From: Candidatus Zixiibacteriota bacterium
Lineage (GTDB): Bacteria; Zixibacteria; MSB-5A5; GN15; FEB-12
Assembly (NCBI GenBank): GCA_041742355.1
Contig: JBGSIV010000172.1
Location: 1-15,147, forward strand
DNA length: 15,147 nt
Direction: 5' to 3'
Part shown: piece after piece, positions 6,568 through 14,526 of the stretch
Layout of the letters: the number at the start of each line of letters is the position of its first letter
How positions within the stretch are numbered: the first letter of the stretch is position 1
The notes under the pieces: generated by a model
The model's input: the letters and a program-made list of their open reading frames with translations, nothing else
Told to the model about the DNA's origin: nothing
Database searches by the model: none
Translations under genes and position numbers: made by a program

Positions 6568-9009
6568 ATGCGAACCGCCGCCACGTATTGTATTCTCATC
6601 GTACTGGCAGTCAGCGGGATTGGGACACGGGTCAAGGGGCAAAGCTGCCAATCAATCCCATGGAGCAATGATCAGATCGGAATCCAGAGCCTGAGCGGAT
6701 TGCCGGGAGACACTGTCTGGGCCCCGGTGTGGGTGATTACGGATTCCACGTTGCTGGCGTTTATCCTGACAATCCGGTTTGACACCACGATCCTCGCACC
6801 GATCGCGCTGAACGACGGGAGCGGGCGCCTGGTGGTCGAGGCCGCCGGGCGGTTCGCGGGTTCGGAGTTCCTGTGGGCGCAACGGTCGGCGGAGCCTGAG
6901 GACTCGGGGGCGCTGCGGGTGGCGTTCCTGCCGCAGGGGCCGGCCGACGACACGATCCCCGCCGGGAGCGGGGTGATTCTCCGGATACCTCTCGTGGTGC
7001 AGCCGGCCGCCTGGTCCCTCAGCTACCCCACACTGCTCACGTTTCCCCGGCGCACGTTCTATGTCGTGGACTCAACGAGCAATCGGCCCGACTCGACAGC
7101 GCATTGCCAAGGGACGCAGTTCATGGAGCGTTCCGACGGTGTGACGGGAACAAACGAGGGATTTCCGCGCCCGGATGTGTCGAGGTTCCATCCCGACGAA
7201 TGCCGTGGATCGGAACCGCTGATCACCGATCTGCAATTTTATCCGAGGTCGGTCCGACAGGGGGATTCGATCTCGGTCTTCTGGAATACGTGCAGTACGG
7301 ACAGCATCGTAATCACCCCCGGAATCGGCATGCATCCGAGCACGAGTCACGCCGGCAAATTCGCCATGGTGTACGATACTCCGACAGTCTTTACCTTCGC
7401 CGCCTTTGGCGGCGGCACGAGCGTTTCCCGGGAAGTGCGATTGCTGGCGGTTCCGCCTGGAGCAAATCGCTACCCGTACTGGCAGGATGGTCCCATTGTG
7501 TCGGCAAGGGTGTGGGAAGGAAACCCGCTGCAGGGTACCCTGCCCTTTGTAGATCCCGAGGGAACCACGCCAACGGTGTCGGTAACGCCGACGTCTGCAT
7601 CGGCGACGGTGGGTACGCCGCCGTCCAGTTCGGTGTACTTCTCTTGGCAGCCGGAAGTCGGGGATACGGGAGTCCACGACTTTGTCTTGGTGTTGACCGA
7701 TGGCGAGGATTCGACGCTGACCGACACGTTGCTGCTGCGGGTGGATGTGCTCGATGCCAATCAGCTTCCGACGTGGACACTGGACACGACGACAGCGACA
7801 ATCGCGGAGGCGGATACGCTGACCGTCCCGATTTCCACCGCGGATCAGGACGGCACGGTGACCACGGTCGAAGCGCACTTGTACGGGCGGGATACGCTGG
7901 CCACCAACATGCGGTATATCGACCACGGTGACGGAACCGGCGCCCTGCTCTTCGCCCCGGATTACACGCAGGGAAATACCCACCCGACATGGTACGTGGT
8001 TAGCTTTACCATCCGTGACGGGGCGGATCCCGCGGTGGTCCGAGAATCAAATCGGAAGACAATCAAAGTGCTGAACCACAACAGCGGAACCGAGGTGCCG
8101 GCGATAGCCCTGTCGAACGGGCCGGGGCCATTTGCCCTGTATGAACTGGACACCGTCGTATTCGAAGTGCGGGCAACGACCCAGATAGGGGACCGTCCGG
8201 AGTTGAGCACGACGCCGCTGCCGCCGGGAGCCACCTTTGAGCCAGTTCCCGGGACGACCCTCAGCGATCGGATGACGTTCCGGTATCGCCCGCCGGAAGG
8301 TTCGGTCGGCGATTATTCGGTCACGTTCACGGCCACGAACGGAGATCTGCACCGGCAGGTCACAGTTGACTTCTCGGTTGCGAAGCTCAACCGGTCGCCG
8401 TGGGTGGTGGTGTTGCCGGGTGACAATACGATCAACGAAGAAGACACCGCCATCGTGAAGATCTATGCGATTGATCCGGACTCAACGGTGCCGATCCTCT
8501 CGGCGGCGCTCGACGGCACGGATTCGCTGGCGAGAAACATGAGGTTCGTAGATTCGGGCAACGGGATAGGCGTGCTTACGTTTGTGCCGAACCGGCTCCA
8601 GTCGGGCGACTGTGGTGATCCGGGGTTTTACTACCTGCGATTCCGGGCCGCCGACAGATTCCCGCCATATCCGGTGGCAGTGAGTATTGTGCGCACCATC
8701 ATCGTCTACGATTCGGGCCTGCCGTGCTGCGTGGACAGGACCGGGGATGTGAACTACGATGGAAACGGCTACGGTACGCCGAACATCTCCGACTTGGTCG
8801 ATCTGGTGCGGTACTTCACTTCGGAATCAAGGACCTTGCCATGCTACGCCGAAGCGGATCTCGACGGATCAGGAACGTTCACGATAGCCGATGTTGTGGT
8901 GATGGTGGGGCATTTATACCGGGGGACGGGGCCGTTGCTGTCGTGCCCGGTGCAGCCGGAAGAGGTACGACTTCCCCCCGAGAAGACGTCAGCCCCGCTT
9001 TCGCCGTGA
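6568..9009 (+). CDS. Secreted multidomain surface protein: cohesin-like domain, Ig/cadherin-like repeats, C-terminal dockerin-type domain
   Basis: 813 aa, GGAGGG SD, signal peptide. Cohesin-like pattern (PGDTVWAPVWV...FILTIRFDTTIL...GALRVAF...IPAGSGVILRIPLVV). Repeats with NxxP/E.DT/DPD motifs (LATNMRYIDHGDGTGALLFAP vs LARNMRFVDSGNGIGVLTFVP). Duplicated Ca-loop GDVNYDG...NISDLVDLVRYF / ADLDGSGTFTIADVVVMVGHLY. Confidence 0.8.
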   Translation: MRTAATYCILIVLAVSGIGTRVKGQSCQSIPWSNDQIGIQSLSGLPGDTVWAPVWVITDSTLLAFILTIRFDTTILAPIALNDGSGRLVVEAAGRFAGSEFLWAQRSAEPEDSGALRVAFLPQGPADDTIPAGSGVILRIPLVVQPAAWSLSYPTLLTFPRRTFYVVDSTSNRPDSTAHCQGTQFMERSDGVTGTNEGFPRPDVSRFHPDECRGSEPLITDLQFYPRSVRQGDSISVFWNTCSTDSIVITPGIGMHPSTSHAGKFAMVYDTPTVFTFAAFGGGTSVSREVRLLAVPPGANRYPYWQDGPIVSARVWEGNPLQGTLPFVDPEGTTPTVSVTPTSASATVGTPPSSSVYFSWQPEVGDTGVHDFVLVLTDGEDSTLTDTLLLRVDVLDANQLPTWTLDTTTATIAEADTLTVPISTADQDGTVTTVEAHLYGRDTLATNMRYIDHGDGTGALLFAPDYTQGNTHPTWYVVSFTIRDGADPAVVRESNRKTIKVLNHNSGTEVPAIALSNGPGPFALYELDTVVFEVRATTQIGDRPELSTTPLPPGATFEPVPGTTLSDRMTFRYRPPEGSVGDYSVTFTATNGDLHRQVTVDFSVAKLNRSPWVVVLPGDNTINEEDTAIVKIYAIDPDSTVPILSAALDGTDSLARNMRFVDSGNGIGVLTFVPNRLQSGDCGDPGFYYLRFRAADRFPPYPVAVSIVRTIIVYDSGLPCCVDRTGDVNYDGNGYGTPNISDLVDLVRYFTSESRTLPCYAEADLDGSGTFTIADVVVMVGHLYRGTGPLLSCPVQPEEVRLPPEKTSAPLSP

Positions 9010-9198
9010 TGAGGTTGTCTGCGCCGCAATCTGAGCCATTATCGAGGCCGCACGTCTGAAAGCAAGGAGAGAAGACCATCCGGCCCTCCCCGGCGAATTC
9101 CAGGCTGTCGCTCGCACCCCTATCAGCGTTTCCCCTGTTCAGGGTCGAAGTTGAATCAGCCCTCCCTCGTTCGCCCTGTCTGATGACAGGCCGAGCGG

Positions 9199-9227
9199 TT
9201 GTGCGGCGGGGGCAGGGGAAGTATATT
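9199..9227 (+). promoter_or_regulatory. Putative sigma70 promoter for the DUF885 gene
   Basis: TTGTGC-N17-TATATT about 60 nt upstream of ATG 9288. Confidence 0.4.
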
Positions 9228-9287
9228 GCCGCCAATGAGAAATACTCCACGCCGCGGGCGTGAAAGACGACGAGAGGATGAACGGAC

Positions 9288-11033
9288 ATGACGTACGAAG
9301 AACTGGAACGGCAGTGTCAGAGCATAATCGAAAGCGCGGGGATAGAGGATGAGGCGGCGCGGCTGGGACGCTTGATCAAGGCGCAGTGGGGCTGGTCGAT
9401 GGCGGATCGTCCGGAAGGAGCAACGGCAAGCGGCTATCCGCGGCACCACGACCGGTGGACAGATCTGTCGGAAGGGGCGGTCGCGAAGCGCCGGAAAGCG
9501 CCGGGGCGAATCAAGGACGTCCTCGATACGATCCGGCGGGAGGGTCTGGGTGAGAATGATCGCCTGAGCTACGATCTCCTCGGGTGGAACCAGGATCAGG
9601 AGGAGCGGGCGAACCGCTTCAAGGGCGAACTGCTGCAGGTAAGCCAGATGCACGGCGTGCAGCAGGAAGCGGCGCAGATTGTCGGGCTCATGCCGGTCCG
9701 GACTTCGGGGCAGCGGGACGACGTCCTGGCGAGATTGGAAAGCCTGCCGGCGCTGGTCGAACAAACGATCGCGCTCCTGGAGCGGGGCCTTCGGGAAAAG
9801 GTAGTGCAGCCCCGGGTCACGATGACCGAAGTGCCGCAGCAGGTGAAAAACCAGATGCCCGATGATCCCATGGCGGCGCCCCTGCTGGCGTGGCTGGAGC
9901 AGTTACCGCGGGGGCTGGGGACGCAGGAGCGGGAGGCGGTCACCAGACAGGCGATCGCGCTGTACCGGGAGCGGGTGTGCCCGGCGTTCGGGCAGTTGCA
10001 TCGATTCATGGTGGAAAGCTACTTGCCGGGCTGCCGCGAAGGCGTGTCCTGGAAGGAATTGCCGGACGGGGAGGAGTGGTACAAGTACCACGTGGCGTAC
10101 AACACGACGACCGATCTGACGCCGGACCAGGTGTTCGAGATCGGCATGAGCGAGGTGAAGCGAATTCGGGGGGAAATGGATCGAGTCATCAAGGAGAGCG
10201 GGTTCACGGGGGATTTCGCGGCATTCTGCGAATTCCTACGGACCGACGAGCGGTTCTTCTGCACGACGGCGAGTGAACTGCTGATCACCTACCGGGATAT
10301 CGCGAAGCGGGTTGATCCGGAGCTGGCGCGGCTGTTCGGGCGGCTGCCGCAGACGCCGTACGGGGTGATACCGATTCCGTCGTACGCCGAGAAATCTCAG
10401 ACGACGGCGTACTACCAGCCCGGGTCGTTCGTGGCGGGGCGGCCGGGGTATTTCTACGCGAACACCTACAACCTCAAAGCGCGGCCGAAGTGGGAGATGG
10501 AGGCGCTGACGCTGCATGAGGCGGTGCCGGGGCACCACCTGCATATCGGCCTGATGCAGGAGCTGACGGACCTTCCCGATTTCCGGCGGCAGGGGTGGAT
10601 TACGGCCTACGGCGAGGGATGGGCGCTCTACGCCGAGAGCCTCGGGGAGGAAATGGGGTTCTACGCCGACCCGTACAGCAAATTCGGCCAGCTGACCTAC
10701 GAGATGTGGCGGGCGATCCGATTGGTCGTGGATCCGGGAATTCACTCGAAGGGGTGGACGCGGCGCCAGGCAATCGATTTCTTCATGCAGAACTCGAGCA
10801 AGACGGAACACGATGTCACGGTGGAGATCGACCGGTACATCGTCTGGCCGGGGCAGGCGCTTTCGTACAAGATCGGGGAACTGAAAATCAAGGAGCTGCG
10901 GAAGCTCGCCGAGCAGGCGCTGGCCGACCGGTTTGATATCCGGGCCTTCCACGATGAGATCCTCGCGTACGGGTGCGTGCCGCTGTCGACCCTGGAGAGC
11001 CGGATGAGAGCCTGGGTGAACCGTCAGCGATAG
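9288..11033 (+). CDS. DUF885 family protein (putative zinc metallopeptidase-like)
   Basis: 581 aa. LPDGEEWY, TTDLTPDQVFEIGMSEV, AYYQPGS, LTLHEAVPGHHL, TAYGEGWALYAESL, MWRAIRLVVDPGIH, EIDRYIVWPGQALSYKIG, FDIRAFHD. GAGAGG SD. Confidence 0.93.
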   Translation: MTYEELERQCQSIIESAGIEDEAARLGRLIKAQWGWSMADRPEGATASGYPRHHDRWTDLSEGAVAKRRKAPGRIKDVLDTIRREGLGENDRLSYDLLGWNQDQEERANRFKGELLQVSQMHGVQQEAAQIVGLMPVRTSGQRDDVLARLESLPALVEQTIALLERGLREKVVQPRVTMTEVPQQVKNQMPDDPMAAPLLAWLEQLPRGLGTQEREAVTRQAIALYRERVCPAFGQLHRFMVESYLPGCREGVSWKELPDGEEWYKYHVAYNTTTDLTPDQVFEIGMSEVKRIRGEMDRVIKESGFTGDFAAFCEFLRTDERFFCTTASELLITYRDIAKRVDPELARLFGRLPQTPYGVIPIPSYAEKSQTTAYYQPGSFVAGRPGYFYANTYNLKARPKWEMEALTLHEAVPGHHLHIGLMQELTDLPDFRRQGWITAYGEGWALYAESLGEEMGFYADPYSKFGQLTYEMWRAIRLVVDPGIHSKGWTRRQAIDFFMQNSSKTEHDVTVEIDRYIVWPGQALSYKIGELKIKELRKLAEQALADRFDIRAFHDEILAYGCVPLSTLESRMRAWVNRQR

Positions 11034-11191
11034 CCGGAAGAGCAGAGATAGCGGCAAGCGAAAGAAATCTGACGGCGTGAGAAGAATTCCATGAGATTTT
11101 AGCACGCGGCTAACAGCCCGGCGGTTGTTATGGGTAGGAGATGTGCCGATAGTCGGTACAGAGGAAAGCTAGCAGCCAAAGGGTGTGAAAG

Positions 11192-11587
11192 ATGGATGGC
11201 GATCGGTTCGAAAGCAGCCGGGCCGCGATGGCCCGCCGGCAGGCGAGGGATGAAGAGATTGTCCGGTGCACGCTGCAGTTGCGGGAACGTCCGAAAGACG
11301 CCGCGTTGTACTACTGTCGCGGGAACGCGCACCGTCAGAACGGCGAGTTGATGGCGGCGGTGTGCGATTTCAACCGGGCGGTTGAGCTGAATCCGGCGTA
11401 CGCAGAGGCGTACTTCTACAAAGCGATAACATGTGCCGCGCTGGGCTACCGGCTGGAAGAGGCGCGGGCGTACCGGCTGTTTCTGCAGTACGCGGGTCGT
11501 CAGGCAGCGTCGTTCGCAGCCCGGATCAAACGTCGCCTCGTGCAGATCGAGCCGCGCCGAATCCACGGGAGAATGGCCGCATTGTAG
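11192..11587 (+). CDS. Small tetratricopeptide-repeat protein
   Basis: 131 aa. TPR consensus in PKDAALYYCRGNAHRQNGELMAAVCDFNRAVELNPAYAEAYFYKA. Followed by a terminator. Confidence 0.8.
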   Translation: MDGDRFESSRAAMARRQARDEEIVRCTLQLRERPKDAALYYCRGNAHRQNGELMAAVCDFNRAVELNPAYAEAYFYKAITCAALGYRLEEARAYRLFLQYAGRQAASFAARIKRRLVQIEPRRIHGRMAAL

Positions 11588-11621
11588 TCGATGGGCGGCA
11601 GCGTCCGAAGCGGGTTACAGG

Positions 11622-11656
11622 GAGCCCCCGGTTGGAAAACCGGGGGCTCTCTTTTT
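11622..11656 (+). terminator. Rho-independent terminator after the TPR gene
   Basis: Perfect 12-bp stem GAGCCCCCGGTT-GGAA-AACCGGGGGCTC followed by TCTTTTT. Confidence 0.88.
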
Positions 11657-11709
11657 GGAGTGATTCTATCCAGGTTCCCCACAGGAGCTTGCGGGAAATA
11701 GGAGCAAGG

Positions 11710-11731
11710 ATGGTGATTTTTTTCACTTTTC
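11710..11731. promoter_or_regulatory. Distal CRP/Rex-type operator candidate
   Basis: GGTGA-TTTTTT-TCACT. Matches the reverse complement of 12024-12045 at 19 of 22 positions. Confidence 0.5.
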
Positions 11732-11985
11732 CACGTACTTGTTATGCGAAGGGGGCTTGGTATTAGGAGGGTGAATTTGTTCTGTTTTGTGCCGATAATA
11801 AACCCAAAAGCCAGGCCGATTACGGTGCCGGAATTGTTCGAATATTGGTACTATATTGAATAGCAATCAGTTGTCCCTGCCTTGCGCGACGTGTCCCGGA
11901 GGCGCAGGGATAACCGGATAAAAATAGGGGCGATCAATGCTGACCAAATACTCTTTTTTCGGATCCCGGTAGGGCCATTTTTCCC

Positions 11986-12013
11986 TTGACAGATACCGAT
12001 CCTGTCATACATT
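11986..12013 (+). promoter_or_regulatory. Putative sigma70 promoter of the hydrogenase operon
   Basis: TTGACA(11986-11991)-N16-TACATT(12008-12013), or N18-CATTAT. Confidence 0.55.
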
Positions 12014-12023
12014 ATCGACGTAT

Positions 12024-12045
12024 AAAATGTGAAAAAAATCACAAT
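12024..12045. promoter_or_regulatory. Proximal CRP/Rex-type operator
   Basis: AAAA-TGTGA-AAAAAA-TCACA-AT: perfect TGTGA-N6-TCACA with an all-A spacer, between the predicted promoter and the start codon. Confidence 0.7.
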
Positions 12046-13195
12046 GTTGACAAAGATGGAAAAAACTTATCAGCCGCGCGTCATCGAGCGGGACAACCTC
12101 CAGGCTCTTTTCGATGCGCTTTCGAAGTCGGGACACCAGTTGCTGGGTCCGACCGTCCGGAACAACGCGGTCGTCCTCGATGAAATCGGGACGGTCGAGG
12201 ATTTACCGATCGGCGTCGTCGACCAGCAGGACGGCGGCAACTACCGCCTGACCGATGCGGGTGCTCCGACCTGTTTCGGGCACGTGGTGGGGCCGCAGTC
12301 GTGGAAGAAGTATTTTCACCTGCCGAAAGTCACCCTGTGGACGGCGACCAGGGACGGCAAGAGCTTTGCAGTCGAAGAGTCAGCCGAGCACGGGCAGAAG
12401 CGGGCGCTGATCGGCGTCCGGGCCTGCGACCTGGCCGCGCTCGACATTCACGACAAGGTGCTGACCGCCGGGCCGTACGAGGACTCGATTTACCGCCGGA
12501 TGCGGCAGAACGTGTTCGTCGTCGCGGTGAACTGCACCCGGGCGGGCGGAACCTGTTTCTGCTCGTCGATGGGCACCGGGCCGAAAGCCGCGAGCGGGTA
12601 CGACCTGGTATTGACAGAGCTGGTCGGCAATGGCCGGCACATATTTATCGCCGAGCCAGGGTCGAAGGCGGGCGCGAAGCTGCTGGAGCAGTTGCCGACG
12701 CAAAGCTGCAGCGGCGACGATCTGGCGACAGCGACGGCGGCGATCGACCGCGTAACCGGCCAGATGGGCCGTGAGCTTAACACCGACGGGCTCAAGGATC
12801 GAATGTACAAAGTCGTGGAGCACCCGCATTGGGAGGAGATCGCGGCGCGGTGTCTGACCTGCGGCAACTGCACGTTGGTATGCCCGACCTGTTTCTGCAC
12901 GACGGTCGAGGATTGGACCTCGCTGGGCGGAGCGACCGCCGAACGTGTCCGCCGGTGGGACTCGTGTTTCACGGTCGATTTCTCCTATATCCATGGCGGG
13001 AGCATCCGGCCCTCGGCGGCGGCGCGGTACCGCCAGTGGATGATGCACAAGCTGGCGTCTTGGCAGGACCAGTTCGGAATGTCGGGGTGTGTCGGGTGCG
13101 GGCGCTGCATTACGTGGTGCCCGGTCGGTATCGATATAACGGCGGAAGCCGCGACCTTTGCGGGCAAAACTCAGATCGCCCGAGTGGAAGCGTAG
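12044..13195 (+). CDS. hydB: Group 3b [NiFe]-hydrogenase (sulfhydrogenase) beta subunit, 4Fe-4S dicluster protein
   Basis: GPQSWKKY, GVRACDL, NCTRAGGTCFCSSMGTGP, CLTCGNCTLVCPTCFC, RYRQWMMHKLASWQDQFGMSGCVGCGRCITWCPVGIDI. Start ATG 12044 or 12056 more likely than GTG 12029. Confidence 0.9.
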   Translation: MLTKMEKTYQPRVIERDNLQALFDALSKSGHQLLGPTVRNNAVVLDEIGTVEDLPIGVVDQQDGGNYRLTDAGAPTCFGHVVGPQSWKKYFHLPKVTLWTATRDGKSFAVEESAEHGQKRALIGVRACDLAALDIHDKVLTAGPYEDSIYRRMRQNVFVVAVNCTRAGGTCFCSSMGTGPKAASGYDLVLTELVGNGRHIFIAEPGSKAGAKLLEQLPTQSCSGDDLATATAAIDRVTGQMGRELNTDGLKDRMYKVVEHPHWEEIAARCLTCGNCTLVCPTCFCTTVEDWTSLGGATAERVRRWDSCFTVDFSYIHGGSIRPSAAARYRQWMMHKLASWQDQFGMSGCVGCGRCITWCPVGIDITAEAATFAGKTQIARVEA

Positions 13196-13210
13196 TCAGC
13201 GGAGGAAAGA

Positions 13211-13669
13211 ATGGAAAACCTGGAACGCATTATCACCGACCATCCCTTTGTGAAGGGCCTGCCGCCGGAACATATCCGGCTGATAGTCGGGTGCGCGGCA
13301 AATGTCGTGTGCAAGGAAGGGGAGTTCCTGTTTCGCGAAGGGGAGCCGGCCGACAAGTTCTACCTGATCCGCCAGGGCCGCCTCATGATCGAGTCGCACA
13401 TCCCGCACCGCGGGGCGATCAGCATTCAGACGCTCGGCGAGGGTGATCTGGTGGGCTGGTCGTGGCTCCTGCCGCCGTACCGGTTCCACTTCGATGCGCG
13501 GATTTGCGAGACGACTCGGCTGATCGGGTTCGATGGCAAGTGCCTGCGCGAGAAATTCGACAAGGACCCCGTGCTGGGATATGAAATTATGAAGAAGTTC
13601 GCGTCGGTTATGGCCGATTGCCTCGATGCGACGCGGCTTCAAATGCTGGAAGTATATGGCGACCACTAA
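13211..13669 (+). CDS. Stand-alone cyclic nucleotide-binding (Crp effector-like) domain protein, no HTH
   Basis: 152 aa, [46 protein letters not shown]. Ends after the C-helix. Confidence 0.9.
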   Translation: MENLERIITDHPFVKGLPPEHIRLIVGCAANVVCKEGEFLFREGEPADKFYLIRQGRLMIESHIPHRGAISIQTLGEGDLVGWSWLLPPYRFHFDARICETTRLIGFDGKCLREKFDKDPVLGYEIMKKFASVMADCLDATRLQMLEVYGDH

Positions 13670-14525
13670 GACAAAAGCAGCGGCGGAGCATACGTGCACG
13701 TGCGACGCGATGGCCGTGCGCCCGTACCGGATACAGCGGGTGCTCACGGAAACGTACGACACGTTTTCAGTAGAACTGACGCCGGAAGACCCGCACGCCG
13801 GGTTCCATTTCCTGCCCGGTCAGTTCAACATGCTGTACGTGTACGGCGTGGGCGAGGTGCCGATTTCGATATCCGGCGATCCGGCCAAGCCGAAGACGCT
13901 GGTTCACACGACGCGGGCGGTTGGGACGGTAACGAAGCGGATGCAGAAGCTCAAGACCGGAGACGCGGTCGGCGTGCGCGGGCCGTATGGAACGGCCTGG
14001 CCGGTGGCGGAAGGAGTCGGCAAGGATGTGGTGGTGGTGTGCGGCGGTATCGGCCTCGCGCCGCTGCGGCCGGTAATCTACCACCTGCTGAACAACCGGG
14101 CGCAGTACGGAAAAGTCGTCCTGCTCTACGGGGCGCGGACGCCCATGGATATCCTCTACTGGAAGATGCTGGAGAAGTGGCGGAGCCGTTTTGATATCGA
14201 GGTGCACATCACGGTCGACCGAGGCGCGGGAGACTGGATGGGAAATGTCGGGGTGGTGACAAACCTGATCCCGAAGGCCCCGTTCGACCCGGTGAACACG
14301 GTGGCGATGGTGTGCGGCCCGGAGATCATGATGCGCTTTACGGCGCTGGCGCTGGCCAAGCGCGGCGTCCAGGACGAGCAGATATACGTGTCGATGGAGC
14401 GGAACATGAAGTGCGGAATCGGCCTGTGCGGCCACTGCCAGATGGGCCCGCTGTTCGTGTGCAAGGACGGCCCGGTGTTCCGCCTCGACCTGATCAAACC
14501 GCTCTTCACGAAGCGGGAGATATAA
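13656..14525 (+). CDS. hydG: Group 3b hydrogenase gamma subunit (FAD/NAD(P)-binding, 2Fe-2S)
   Basis: [69 protein letters not shown] 13656 overlaps the upstream gene by 14 nt. Confidence 0.92.
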   Translation: MATTKTKAAAEHTCTCDAMAVRPYRIQRVLTETYDTFSVELTPEDPHAGFHFLPGQFNMLYVYGVGEVPISISGDPAKPKTLVHTTRAVGTVTKRMQKLKTGDAVGVRGPYGTAWPVAEGVGKDVVVVCGGIGLAPLRPVIYHLLNNRAQYGKVVLLYGARTPMDILYWKMLEKWRSRFDIEVHITVDRGAGDWMGNVGVVTNLIPKAPFDPVNTVAMVCGPEIMMRFTALALAKRGVQDEQIYVSMERNMKCGIGLCGHCQMGPLFVCKDGPVFRLDLIKPLFTKREI

Positions 14526-14526
14526 G

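Noticed and set aside
12029..12043. ORF-track GTG start for the hydrogenase beta subunit
   Set aside because: It falls within the operator palindrome, only ~10 nt after the predicted TSS, with no SD. ATG 12044 or 12056 is more plausible.
13626..13655. ORF-track start for the gamma subunit
   Set aside because: It gives a 44-nt overlap with the cNMP gene and a non-homologous N-terminus. ATG 13656 (or 13710) is preferred.
12044..14525. Anaerobic sulfite reductase AsrAB interpretation
   Set aside because: Beta and gamma are homologous to AsrA/AsrB, but the next gene is a [NiFe]-hydrogenase small subunit (SCDGC, GACA, GCP), not AsrC. The large subunit is outside the window, so the group 3b call awaits confirmation.
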